DNA from: Candidatus Dojkabacteria bacterium
Lineage (GTDB): Bacteria; Patescibacteriota; Dojkabacteria; J137
NCBI GenBank assembly: GCA_025993875.1
Contig: JAMQHH010000001.1
Coordinates: forward strand, 2,785 to 66,784
Direction: 5' to 3'
DNA: 64,000 nt
The translations under genes and the position numbers were made by a program. A model generated the notes under the pieces. It was not told the DNA's origin, ran no database searches, and saw only the letters and a list, made by a program, of their open reading frames with translations. Within the stretch, counting starts at the first letter, position 1. Each line of letters starts with the position of its first letter. Of this stretch, positions 39,934 to 49,595 are shown piece after piece.

Positions 39934-42496
39934 AGAAAAAATAGGAGAGTATGGTGCTTATTCAATTTATTTAAATTATAAGAGCCTTTTAGGTGCCCGA
40001 GGCCTTAGAAAGCAGATATCTTTCACCGAAAAATTGCTGGGTAGGGTTTTACTGATTATTGGGTCGATCTCTTTTGGAGCTTGGATATATCTTTACTTAA
40101 TGGCAGGCAAATTTAACTGGGCTACTTTAATTCTTCCGCAAAATTTTCCGGATTTTTTTATTACAATCTCTCTTTTTCTTTTTACACTAGGAAGTTTTTT
40201 GTTAAGAAATAAGTCGGTGTTTGATCGTGATATTGGGCTTGTTAATATTGATGAAATTAATAGCCTAACTAAAAAAGGCAGATTATTTTTAGATAAAAAT
40301 TTAAGCGAAAAAATTCTTAATTCTATCGATTATTTTTATTACATAGATTATTCCCATTTTTTTCAGAATTTCTTTTTATTTATTTTTAAGCAAAAAAAGA
40401 TAGATAAACTAATCAACCAGAGGCTTGGGTTGTCTTTTTCACAGATAAGTTTGGCAGTAAAAAATTTTTCAACAAAAAAAAATCCTGAATTTAAAAAGAT
40501 CTTTCCCGAACTTATGCTTTTGGCATTTGATCTGGCTGTAAAAAACAGGTTAAAAATAATTGACGAGGTTGTGCTGGCGACTACAATTCTTAAATATTAC
40601 ATTAAAAGTTTTTTACTAGAGTTTGATGTGACCGATCTAGAAATTGAAAGCCTAAAACAGTGGGTGTTCGATTCGATAAAATTAAGGGAATTTAAAAAAA
40701 GATGGAAAGTTATTTCCAAGTTAAAGCCTGTCGGAGCAATCAACTCTGCATTTACTTCCAAAGCTACCCCGATTTTAGATAAATACTCAACAGATTTAAC
40801 AAAACAGGTTGCTTTAGGGGAGTTCGGCACTGCACTTGGCAGAGAAGGTGCTATCTTAAATATTTTAAAGTATCTGGAATCTTATCAAAGTACTTCGGTT
40901 TTACTTTTGGGAGATCCGGGCGTAGGTAAAACAAGGGTATTTTTAGAGCTGGCAACAAGGATGGTTATAGAAGATGTCCCTAAATCCATTTTAGATTCAA
41001 GATTGATATCAATAGATATATCAGAACTTTCCGCAAAGCTAGAAAATAAAGAGGAGATCGAACAGGTAATAATAAAAATGATGGAAGAGGTGCTTGGTTC
41101 AGGAAATATTGTATTGGTAATTGATCATCTTGCGCAGATATGGGATATTTCGGGAGGTGCAGCAGGTGAACTGGTAGATTTACTGGCGTCTTTTGTAAAA
41201 AAATCAAAAATAAAATTAATAGCTTCATCTAATTATTCAGACTATATTAAATTTATTAAACCTCAGCCTTTATTGGCCTCACTTTTTACTGTGGTCGACC
41301 TACCCGAGCCGCAGCCTTTTTTAGCAATGCAAATACTTTTAGACGAAAGTGTTTTATTAGAAAAAAAATTTCAGGTAAAAGTTGAAACTTCAGCTATAAA
41401 AAGAATCATAGAGTTTGCGAACAAATTTGATACTCATAAAAAAATGCCTGCCAAAGGGCTGGAACTTTTAAACGAGGTTATTTTGGAGGTAAAAAATAAG
41501 GGTGAAAATCATATAAATTCGAGAAGTGTGGAGGAACTTCTAGGAAAAAAATTAGGAGTAAGTGTAGGGTTTATTTCTCAAACCGAAGCTGAAAAACTTT
41601 TACACCTAGAAAGTGTATTGGGACAAAGAGTAATTGGGCAACTGGAGGCTATCAGTTCTGTTTGTAACGCTATTCGGAGAACAAGAACCCGAGTTTCTTA
41701 CTCCAAAAAACCAGTAGCGTCGTTTTTGTTTTACGGACCTACAGGGGTAGGGAAAACAGAAGTTGCAAAAGCGCTTGCCCAAGTTTATTACGGAAGTGAT
41801 CAGAAAATAATCAGGTTAGATATGTCGGAATATAATGAGGAGGAAAATCTTTACAGATTAATCGGCAAAACTGACAAAGATGGAAATTTTGAAGGAGGAT
41901 ATTTAACCGAGTCGGTAAGAGCAGCGCCATTTTCGCTTATACTTTTAGATGAACTTGAAAAATGTAATAAAAAGGTGCTGGATCTTTTTTTGCAGGTACT
42001 CGATGAAGGTTCGTTAACCGATGGCATAGGTCGCAAAATTGATTTTTCCAGTTGCATTATTATTGCAACCTCAAATGCCGGAACTCAGGCTATTACTGAA
42101 CTTATAGAAAAAACAGATAATTATAAAGAGGTCGAAATAGCATCCAGATCCGAACTGGAAAAAGTCTATAGAATAGAATTTTTAAACAGATTCGATAAAG
42201 TAATTATGTTTAGACCTTTAACAAAATCAGAGGTAAAATTAATAATTGAAAAATTTTTAAATATTTTAGCCAAAAGATTGCTGGAGCAAAGTATAGTTTT
42301 AAAATGGGACGATAAAACTATAGAAAGTTTATTATTAAAAGGGTATAGTTATAAGTACGGAGCTAGAGAAATTTTAAGAACAATAACCGAGGAAGTAGAG
42401 GATAAAATAGCAAATTTAATAATCGAAAAAAAAGCAAAACCAGGTTCGATAATAACTTTTGCAGGTCTAACTCCCGAAGTTAGTATTAGCAGTTAA
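39914..42496 (+). CDS. ClpA/ClpB/ClpC-family double-AAA+ ATPase with N-terminal transmembrane domain
   Basis: NBD1 Walker A LLGDPGVGKTRV and NBD2 Walker A FYGPTGVGKTEVAKALA. RLDMSEYNEE...GGYLTE and LLDELEKCNKKVLDLFLQVLDEGSLTDGIGRKIDFSSCIIIATSN are ClpA/B signatures. The first ~280 aa contain 2-3 hydrophobic helices in place of Clp_N repeats. Confidence 0.8.
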   Translation: MELLKDKEKIGEYGAYSIYLNYKSLLGARGLRKQISFTEKLLGRVLLIIGSISFGAWIYLYLMAGKFNWATLILPQNFPDFFITISLFLFTLGSFLLRNKSVFDRDIGLVNIDEINSLTKKGRLFLDKNLSEKILNSIDYFYYIDYSHFFQNFFLFIFKQKKIDKLINQRLGLSFSQISLAVKNFSTKKNPEFKKIFPELMLLAFDLAVKNRLKIIDEVVLATTILKYYIKSFLLEFDVTDLEIESLKQWVFDSIKLREFKKRWKVISKLKPVGAINSAFTSKATPILDKYSTDLTKQVALGEFGTALGREGAILNILKYLESYQSTSVLLLGDPGVGKTRVFLELATRMVIEDVPKSILDSRLISIDISELSAKLENKEEIEQVIIKMMEEVLGSGNIVLVIDHLAQIWDISGGAAGELVDLLASFVKKSKIKLIASSNYSDYIKFIKPQPLLASLFTVVDLPEPQPFLAMQILLDESVLLEKKFQVKVETSAIKRIIEFANKFDTHKKMPAKGLELLNEVILEVKNKGENHINSRSVEELLGKKLGVSVGFISQTEAEKLLHLESVLGQRVIGQLEAISSVCNAIRRTRTRVSYSKKPVASFLFYGPTGVGKTEVAKALAQVYYGSDQKIIRLDMSEYNEEENLYRLIGKTDKDGNFEGGYLTESVRAAPFSLILLDELEKCNKKVLDLFLQVLDEGSLTDGIGRKIDFSSCIIIATSNAGTQAITELIEKTDNYKEVEIASRSELEKVYRIEFLNRFDKVIMFRPLTKSEVKLIIEKFLNILAKRLLEQSIVLKWDDKTIESLLLKGYSYKYGAREILRTITEEVEDKIANLIIEKKAKPGSIITFAGLTPEVSISS

Positions 42497-42505
42497 AAAC
42501 AATTT

Positions 42506-42925
42506 ATGAAAAAAAATATTGTATCACTAGGATTTTCGGTTTTGATTTGTGGAGTATTATTATTTTCCCCGACGCAATATGTATCGGCTCAACAGCCGTC
42601 TGTCACTACAACAATAGCTGCAGGATTGGATAATTTAAATTATAAAATTCCTTGCCCAACAGTTTTTTGTTCGCTGGAAGATGTAGTAAATGCTGCAGCC
42701 AATTTGATAAGGCCAATATTCGTACTAACTTTTATTGCTATGTTAATTTATGGAGCATGGCTATGGCTTACATCACAAGGGGACGATAAAAAGCTCGGTA
42801 CGGCAAAAAAAGTAATTATTGCTGCAATTATAGGTTTTGCACTGGCTGTTTTTGCACCTACAATAGCACAGTTTATTGGCGGGCTTTTAGGGGTAAGTAA
42901 TGTATTTTCGTTACCAACAACATAA
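42506..42925 (+). CDS. secreted two-helix membrane protein, VirB2/TrbC pilin-like (paralog 1)
   Basis: Sec signal peptide ending VSA|QQ. Cys pair CPTVFC. TM1, loop SQGDDKKLGTAKK, then TM2. Confidence 0.6.
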   Translation: MKKNIVSLGFSVLICGVLLFSPTQYVSAQQPSVTTTIAAGLDNLNYKIPCPTVFCSLEDVVNAAANLIRPIFVLTFIAMLIYGAWLWLTSQGDDKKLGTAKKVIIAAIIGFALAVFAPTIAQFIGGLLGVSNVFSLPTT

Positions 42926-42927
42926 AT

Positions 42928-43581
42928 ATGTTTAAAAAAATAACTGCTACAATTACAATGCTCATTACTGCAATATTTTTGGTCACTTCTTTGGAGGTAT
43001 ATGCTCAGCCGGCAAACACTAATCAAACAGGCCAAGGCTCATGCGAGGGTGATCCCTATAAAATACCTGCACAATGCGAGGATAATTTTGTAATTGATCA
43101 GGAATGCCAGACAATTAAAATTTTAAGCCCGCAAAGTGAACAGGCAAGAACCTGCTGCCTTCATAAGTGTAAAGATGAACAGACTTCCGTAACAGGAAAT
43201 ACCGATAATATTTTAGATCAAAAGGATCTTTCTTTCTTAAATGTTTTTGGAGTAAGGCTTGGACTGGATTTTTCGGAGTCCGGCCGAACAAAAACAATTA
43301 CCACGTTAATTAATCTTGTTATTACAACAATTCTTGGAATATTTTCTATGTATGCACTTTTTAGAGGAGTTTACCTTGTGGCAATACAAAGGCCTGTTTT
43401 AATAAAACCCGAAGATATTTCTAAGTTAAACAAACAATTTACAAGTTTAATTGTAGGGTTTGTTTTGGCCTGGGGTATAATTTTTATAATTCAGGTAGTG
43501 TTTGCATTTTTGGGGCTAGGCAGCTTAACAGACTTTAATTTCGAAAACGCAGCAAACGGTATAACAATAACTATTAAGTAA
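42928..43581 (+). CDS. secreted Cys-rich ectodomain + two-helix pilin-like protein (paralog 2)
   Basis: Signal peptide ending VYA|QP. A 7-Cys N-terminal module followed by two TM helices. Confidence 0.55.
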   Translation: MFKKITATITMLITAIFLVTSLEVYAQPANTNQTGQGSCEGDPYKIPAQCEDNFVIDQECQTIKILSPQSEQARTCCLHKCKDEQTSVTGNTDNILDQKDLSFLNVFGVRLGLDFSESGRTKTITTLINLVITTILGIFSMYALFRGVYLVAIQRPVLIKPEDISKLNKQFTSLIVGFVLAWGIIFIIQVVFAFLGLGSLTDFNFENAANGITITIK

Positions 43582-43593
43582 GTAATTATTAAA

Positions 43594-44196
43594 ATGAAAA
43601 AACATTTACTTTCTATATTGTTTTTTATTTTGGCTGCCTTAGCTGCAGGAGCTTTTCCCATTGCTTATGCGCAATCAACAGAAAATAATATTGATATTGG
43701 TTTGCCCGAAGTTGCAATAAGTCCGATTACAATCCCTCTTTTTGGCGCACCAATCGATTTAGGAAATTTTTCAATATACTCCTGGGCAGTATTTTTGGGA
43801 GGAATTATCTTTGCCCTAATTATTGCTTATTGGATATTTTTGTTTTTAAGAGCAGGGGTAGAGGCAATGCAAAGTAATGGAAAACCCGAAGTTTTAGCCG
43901 ATGCAGGCAAAAAGGCAAGATCAATTTTAATTTCGGCTGCATTAACTTTTTTAGTGCCAATTATTTTAAGTGTAATTGGAGCTATTATGGGTATAGGCAA
44001 CGTTTTGGCATGGCCAAAGATGTTTAGTTTGTGCAACACCAAGGTTAGGCAATATATTGATGAAAATGGAGATCTCTCAACCGTATTCGATTCTCCTGCA
44101 GGCAAGAGTTTCTATTTTCAATATTATATTGAAAATCCAGATACTGCCGATTCAAATTGTTTTGCAGATTTAGGTAATAAATCTATTTATAGATAA
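43594..44196 (+). CDS. secreted two-helix pilin-like protein with C-terminal Cys-containing tail (paralog 3)
   Basis: Signal peptide ending AYA|QS. TM1, loop RAGVEAMQSNGKPEVLADAGKK, then TM2. C-terminal ~60 aa carry 2 Cys. Confidence 0.55.
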   Translation: MKKHLLSILFFILAALAAGAFPIAYAQSTENNIDIGLPEVAISPITIPLFGAPIDLGNFSIYSWAVFLGGIIFALIIAYWIFLFLRAGVEAMQSNGKPEVLADAGKKARSILISAALTFLVPIILSVIGAIMGIGNVLAWPKMFSLCNTKVRQYIDENGDLSTVFDSPAGKSFYFQYYIENPDTADSNCFADLGNKSIYR

Positions 44197-44209
44197 ATAA
44201 TTCGTATTT

Positions 44210-44656
44210 ATGAATAATATTGAAGTATTAAAAAGAATAAAAATAACTTGCATTTTTCTTTTGATGCTTATTACCCCTTTAACTTTGTCAACAGCTGTAT
44301 ATGCTCAAACCGATTCCACCTCTTTATGTGGGCTTTTCCCATGCGATCAATACACCCAGGACAGCAAAAATATAGATGTTGGATCTTTAATTAAATTTGG
44401 TTTAAGTGCTGTATTTGTTGCAATTATAATTATTGGAATTTTTTCGGTAATTAGAGCTGCTTTAAAAATAATTCAAAGTGAGGGAGACCCTAAAAAACTG
44501 GAGGAGGGAACAAATGTTTTAAAGGGAGTATGGTTTGGGCTGGTTATTATCTTTTTGGGGGTATTTGGGATAATTTTTATATTAATATTTTTTAATGCCC
44601 AGGGGGCAGCAGATCCAAATACAAACCTGCCACCTGGAGTTTTAACAAATCCGTAA
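44210..44656 (+). CDS. secreted two-helix pilin-like protein (paralog 4)
   Basis: Signal peptide ending VYA|QT. LCGLFPC Cys pair. TM1, loop IQSEGDPKKLEEG, then TM2. Confidence 0.6.
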   Translation: MNNIEVLKRIKITCIFLLMLITPLTLSTAVYAQTDSTSLCGLFPCDQYTQDSKNIDVGSLIKFGLSAVFVAIIIIGIFSVIRAALKIIQSEGDPKKLEEGTNVLKGVWFGLVIIFLGVFGIIFILIFFNAQGAADPNTNLPPGVLTNP

Positions 44657-44733
44657 TTTAAGTTAAACTATTGACTGTAGTAATTTATAATGATAAATTC
44701 AGAGGAGAATATATATAAATATTTAAAATTAGT

Positions 44734-45204
44734 ATGAAAAAAATTGCTCTTTCGGTGTTATTTCTTGCCATTTCGTTTTTTTCTATGCCTTTCCCTGTTT
44801 CTGCTGCAGGTACAAATAATCTTGTCTGCCAAATCTTTCCATTCTTAAGTTCAGTAGATGCATTTGGCATAAACTCTCTTTGCAGTGGTGTTACTGATCC
44901 TTCTGCGGCAACAAGTTTTATAAGATTTTTACTATCAGCAGTATTTGTTGGGATAATAATTATCTCAATCTATGTAGTAATCAAATCGGCATTAAAATAC
45001 ATACAAAGCGAAGGGGATGATAAAAAAATAGGAGAAGCAAGCAAAGCAATAAAAGCAGTGTTTATAGGTATAGCAGCTCTTTTTGTAGGAGTAATAGGAA
45101 TAATAATAGTGCTGGCATTTTTTAAGGCAACAGGGGCTTTAAAAACGGAAGATACACCAGACATAATTGATAACCTGCTAAGTACACCTTCACAATCGAA
45201 ATAA
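44734..45204 (+). CDS. secreted two-helix pilin-like protein (paralog 5)
   Basis: Signal peptide ending VSA|AG. VCQIFPF...LCSG Cys pair. TM1, loop IQSEGDDKKIGEASK, then TM2. Confidence 0.6.
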   Translation: MKKIALSVLFLAISFFSMPFPVSAAGTNNLVCQIFPFLSSVDAFGINSLCSGVTDPSAATSFIRFLLSAVFVGIIIISIYVVIKSALKYIQSEGDDKKIGEASKAIKAVFIGIAALFVGVIGIIIVLAFFKATGALKTEDTPDIIDNLLSTPSQSK

Positions 45205-45270
45205 GCACAGAGGTGATTCTGAGCCTTTTAAAACTTTTTTGAGGGCACTAAATAAGTATACAAAGATAAA

Positions 45271-46128
45271 TTGAAAAGAACTTTGCTGAAAACAATAAAA
45301 ACCGTTCCTTTTTCCCAATGGACAGGATTTAAGAAAAATTTTTTATTGCTACTTCTTTCTCTCTTATGTTTTATAAACTTTACGCAAACAGTTTCGGCCC
45401 AGTTTAGCAGCTCAGTTTTATCGGGTAACGATCCGGCCAGTTACGTTTGCCCGGGTGAAGATCCAGGCCTTCCGGTTAAAAGTGCAGACGATACTTGTAG
45501 TGCAGCAGACGGTAAATGTCGCACCCTGCCTTATTTGGATTCCACTTCTGGTTATTATGTTTGTAAATCAGACACCGGCATTGTAAGAGCAACACTAAAA
45601 GCTCCGCCATTGCAGCAACTTGAACTTTGGTTTAGAAGAATTTTGTATGCCATATGGGCAATTGTAGGATCTTTTTCTTTTGTTATGCTTATATACCTTG
45701 GTTATCAGTATATGATTCGCGGAGGAACAAGCGATCAGGAACTGGTAAAACTAAGAAAAGCGATTATTAATTACGTAGTTGGTTTTGCTTTAGTTTTTCT
45801 TTCTATTCCAATTTTAACTACCTTTTTTACAGTACTGGGAATAAATAAAAATGTAACTTGTTACGATGTGGCAATGCCTGGTTTTCAATTTTTCTTTTCG
45901 GAACTTTGCACTGATCCAAAGTATATACTTGTAAACGACCCATGCACATATTACGATAAAGCTGAGGGATATGCGTGCCCAGAAGTGGGAGAGACAGGTG
46001 TGAGGTGTATTATTAATCCTACGATTAACCCAACAGAGATACAATACAAATGTATATCAATAGAAGGATCATCTTCTGGCGCTGGAATTTGGAAACTAAT
46101 CGAAAGTGGAGTTCATGAAGAGTTTTAA
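45271..46128 (+). CDS. secreted Cys-rich two-helix pilin-like protein with Cys-rich C-terminal domain (paralog 6)
   Basis: Signal peptide ending VSA|QF. A 5-Cys N-module. TM1, loop RGGTSDQELVKLRK, then TM2. The ~95-aa C-terminal domain has 7 Cys. Confidence 0.55.
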   Translation: MKRTLLKTIKTVPFSQWTGFKKNFLLLLLSLLCFINFTQTVSAQFSSSVLSGNDPASYVCPGEDPGLPVKSADDTCSAADGKCRTLPYLDSTSGYYVCKSDTGIVRATLKAPPLQQLELWFRRILYAIWAIVGSFSFVMLIYLGYQYMIRGGTSDQELVKLRKAIINYVVGFALVFLSIPILTTFFTVLGINKNVTCYDVAMPGFQFFFSELCTDPKYILVNDPCTYYDKAEGYACPEVGETGVRCIINPTINPTEIQYKCISIEGSSSGAGIWKLIESGVHEEF

Positions 46129-46201
46129 GTTAAATTCAATTTATCTTGAACAATTTCCTTATCTGGCATAGAATAAAAGTAGCACTTAATTCTTTTTTGC
46201 T

Positions 46202-47806
46202 ATGCCTGTTTTAACCATAAAAAACTACAAAATAACCGATATTTTAGATAAAAGCCTCTTTACTACCAATTTTAGTTCTCCCATAAAATTAAAGCAGGAT
46301 GTTTTTTCTATACTTCAAAACGATCTTATATTTGTTTCTAATTTAAATCTTAATTTTTCAGTTAAAACATATTTAACTTTAGGTATAAATTTAGAAAATT
46401 CCGAAACAGAAATACAAATAGCTAAAAATTATAAAGAGAAGTCCTTTAAAATTACTCAAAACAATCAAGCTTTAGATACCGATCTTTTTAGCTTTCTGGA
46501 GCAAAAACTGGGTATAAAGTTTAAAGAGAAAAAACTTATCACTAAAATTTTTGATATATCGCATGAGGTTTTTAAGTCCAAAGAAGATGTGGCTAATTTT
46601 CTAAGTAAGTGTAAACCTAATTTGTTGGTGTTGAAAAACTATTCTGACACAAAAAATATTGATGACTTACTAAGTTCAGTTACCGAAGATAAAAAAGAAA
46701 AACTAAAAAAGGATGCCGAAAGTCTTGCCGATATTGAAGATCGCCAAATTAAAATCGAGAAAGGAATTGATCTTTATCAAAATGGTAAAAAGATTATCGA
46801 AACAAAAAATAAAGAAAAACAAACTCTTCAAAACGAGTTGGATGTATTAAGACAAAAGTTTTTATCAGTCGAGCATTTTGAGAAAAGACGCGCAGAGCTC
46901 GAACAAAGCATAAAAAGAATTGAAGTTGTTGGATCTGTCGAAAAGGTAGCAATCCTAAAAAAAGAGAGGTTAAATAAAATTATCGGATTTCTTAAGAATA
47001 TAAAATCTCGAGAACCTACCGCAGGCCCAAAATTTGATTGGGAAGATGAAATAGATAAAAGTTTTAGATCGATTAATGTACAAATTGCAGTTTTTGGTAT
47101 TTTACTTATAATTCAAATCATCTTTGGAATATTAACTTTAATCTTAAGTAGAGATGTAAAATCGTGGTTTTTTAGCCTTGCAATTTTTTTGTCCCTAATA
47201 ATCTTACTTATTATTTATAACTTATTAGGTCCCAAAACCTCTAAAAGAGTATTATTAAACTCCTTCGACGCAGGTTCCCAGGCTAAAATTCCCCAAGTTT
47301 CCTTTCTAACACAGGAAGATAAGATATTTGTAAACAATGCATATTTAAATGCTTACAGATCAGAATTAGAAACGATAAACAAAAGTATGCAAAAGGCTTT
47401 AGGGACAGATGGTTCTTTTATAGATCTAAAAGCTATGGTGCAAAGTACTGAAGGTAAATTAGTACAACTGGAAAATGAAATTAGTAAAATTAACCACGAT
47501 ATGTATACAACGGATGAATACTATAAGAAAAGACGAGAGCTTGATATACTAAAAATAGAAAAAGAAAATCTCGAATTTAGCTGGGGCAAGGAGGATCAGC
47601 CGTATCTTTCCCGGTTAAAAAGTGCCTTTAAAGAAACAAACGTGGGGCTAACTCTGTCCGAGCAGGGCACTCGTGTTTGGGAAGGATACCCGGTAGTAAT
47701 TACTGGGTGGCTAAGACTCTCTGATGGGTCTTTGCAAATTTTAAACGATTCAATAACCGAACTAAAAAACAAAGCTCAAATTTTACAACTTGATGTAGCA
47801 ATATAA
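46202..47806 (+). CDS. coiled-coil membrane protein (two central TM helices), hypothetical
   Basis: Extended heptad-like K/E-rich segments flank IAVFGILLIIQIIFGILTLIL and FFSLAIFLSLIILLIIYNLL. Confidence 0.5.
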   Translation: MPVLTIKNYKITDILDKSLFTTNFSSPIKLKQDVFSILQNDLIFVSNLNLNFSVKTYLTLGINLENSETEIQIAKNYKEKSFKITQNNQALDTDLFSFLEQKLGIKFKEKKLITKIFDISHEVFKSKEDVANFLSKCKPNLLVLKNYSDTKNIDDLLSSVTEDKKEKLKKDAESLADIEDRQIKIEKGIDLYQNGKKIIETKNKEKQTLQNELDVLRQKFLSVEHFEKRRAELEQSIKRIEVVGSVEKVAILKKERLNKIIGFLKNIKSREPTAGPKFDWEDEIDKSFRSINVQIAVFGILLIIQIIFGILTLILSRDVKSWFFSLAIFLSLIILLIIYNLLGPKTSKRVLLNSFDAGSQAKIPQVSFLTQEDKIFVNNAYLNAYRSELETINKSMQKALGTDGSFIDLKAMVQSTEGKLVQLENEISKINHDMYTTDEYYKKRRELDILKIEKENLEFSWGKEDQPYLSRLKSAFKETNVGLTLSEQGTRVWEGYPVVITGWLRLSDGSLQILNDSITELKNKAQILQLDVAI

Positions 47807-47807
47807 A

Positions 47808-49586
47808 ATGAACAGTGCTATAAAAAAACAAAATCTATCTAACTTAGTTATCTTTCTTCTTGTCGGACTTCTTTTTTTAAATCCGATAAATAACGTTATT
47901 GCTTTAACTTCCTCCGAAATTGTCGAAGAAAAAAGAAAACAGGAAGAAAAACTTGCTCAAACAGAATCTGAGATAGCAAGGCTAAATAGCGAAATTGCCG
48001 GTTATTCGTCGGACGTGAATATTGCACAGGCATCCATCCCCGAACTGGAAAATCAAATTAAAAAGATAGAAGCCCTGATTGAAGTAAATAAGCTCGAAAT
48101 TGAACAGACCCAAAGAAAAAAAGAGCTAACAAAATTAAAAAAAGAAGAAACAGAGCTTTTAAGACGAGAAAGTGTTAAAAGTTCGTACTTTGACTGGAGA
48201 ATTGATGTAGCCGAAATATCAACTCTATTTGTTTCCGAATTCGATAATAAAATGTCCGAATTCTTTTCTACTGCGGTTGTCAATAAAACAAGTAAGGATA
48301 TTATAGAATTAGCTCAAACAATAGACAATTTGGAAAGTGACATACAAAAATACAATAAAGAGAACGAAGATTTAAAAAAACAAAATTCAGATTTGGAGTA
48401 TAAAAAAAACGAAGTAATGGCGAGAATTGCATACCTTAATTCAATTATTGCAGGTAACAATTCTTCTATAGGTAACCTGCAGTCGGAAGTAAAAACTCTG
48501 CAATCCAATATCTCTTTTTTAAGTGAACAGCAAAGAGTTGCCGAAGAGAGGGAAAGACAACTCCTCGAAAATGATGATGGTGGTGAAAGCGGTCCAGGAA
48601 ATTCTTTCGATACTTCTGATGGTACAGTTCCATTTGCTATATTTGGAAGAGGAAGAGATCTTTATCAGGGGCACGGTGTTGGTTTAAGCCAGTGGGGAGC
48701 TCATGGGTTTGCTCTAAATGGCTTCGATTACAACTATATTTTAAGGTTCTACTATACAGGTGTAGATTTATCGGGCGGGTATGAAGGTGCCACAGTAAAT
48801 GTAGATGGGTACGGAGCGATTAACATAGAAGATTATGTGGCGGGACAGGAAGAAATAGCAGGACGAGCATGTGGTTCGGCGGAGCAGGCTCTAGCCAGAC
48901 CCGATAAATATGTTGTCGATAACCCTAACAGTATGTGGGATTGTTGGCCGGAGGAAGCAATAAAGGCTTTTGCAATAACATATAGAACTTACGGATATTT
49001 TTATAGAGGGTTTTTGTATAGGGATGGGCGTTCGCAGGTTTATAATGGAACGGGATATACAAGGTGGGCAGCCGATGAAACACGGGGGATTGTTATAACA
49101 TATGGCGGTGCTCCTATCGAAGCCTTATATTCTTCCGATAATAACCAAGGTTTTGGTACAGCAAATAACGATACCAGATTTCAGTCGTACAGTGGAGCCG
49201 GCACACCATATCCTTATTTAAGATCGGTAAACGACAACTCTATGGCGACAAGAACAGCATATACAGATTTTACTTACCGTACAGGAAACTACGATATCTC
49301 ACATATAAACAGCATGATAGATTTTGGTGTATCCAGGCCTGATATTGTCGGAGGATTATCGGGGTACTTAGCAGGTTTAAAAAATACAATAGGTAATCAG
49401 GCTGCATCCTTTATTGTAGAAAGGGATCCATCAAATAGAGCCGACAGAGTTAAATTTATGGGGTATAATGGATCTACAGCATATTTGGGGGGGTACTGGT
49501 TTAAATATCTGTGGAATGAATGGAGCTATGCTATTGGTGCAAACGACTATTTATATAGCCAAACATATTTTTTTCAATCTATATAG
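47808..49586 (+). CDS. membrane-anchored coiled-coil protein with C-terminal SpoIID/LytB-like domain (cell-wall remodelling)
   Basis: N-terminal anchor followed by ~230 aa of coiled coil. The SpoIID/LytB hallmark GHGVGLSQWGAHGFALNGFDYNYILRFYYTGVDL is present. Confidence 0.65.
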   Translation: MNSAIKKQNLSNLVIFLLVGLLFLNPINNVIALTSSEIVEEKRKQEEKLAQTESEIARLNSEIAGYSSDVNIAQASIPELENQIKKIEALIEVNKLEIEQTQRKKELTKLKKEETELLRRESVKSSYFDWRIDVAEISTLFVSEFDNKMSEFFSTAVVNKTSKDIIELAQTIDNLESDIQKYNKENEDLKKQNSDLEYKKNEVMARIAYLNSIIAGNNSSIGNLQSEVKTLQSNISFLSEQQRVAEERERQLLENDDGGESGPGNSFDTSDGTVPFAIFGRGRDLYQGHGVGLSQWGAHGFALNGFDYNYILRFYYTGVDLSGGYEGATVNVDGYGAINIEDYVAGQEEIAGRACGSAEQALARPDKYVVDNPNSMWDCWPEEAIKAFAITYRTYGYFYRGFLYRDGRSQVYNGTGYTRWAADETRGIVITYGGAPIEALYSSDNNQGFGTANNDTRFQSYSGAGTPYPYLRSVNDNSMATRTAYTDFTYRTGNYDISHINSMIDFGVSRPDIVGGLSGYLAGLKNTIGNQAASFIVERDPSNRADRVKFMGYNGSTAYLGGYWFKYLWNEWSYAIGANDYLYSQTYFFQSI

Positions 49587-49595
49587 GGTTTTTAT

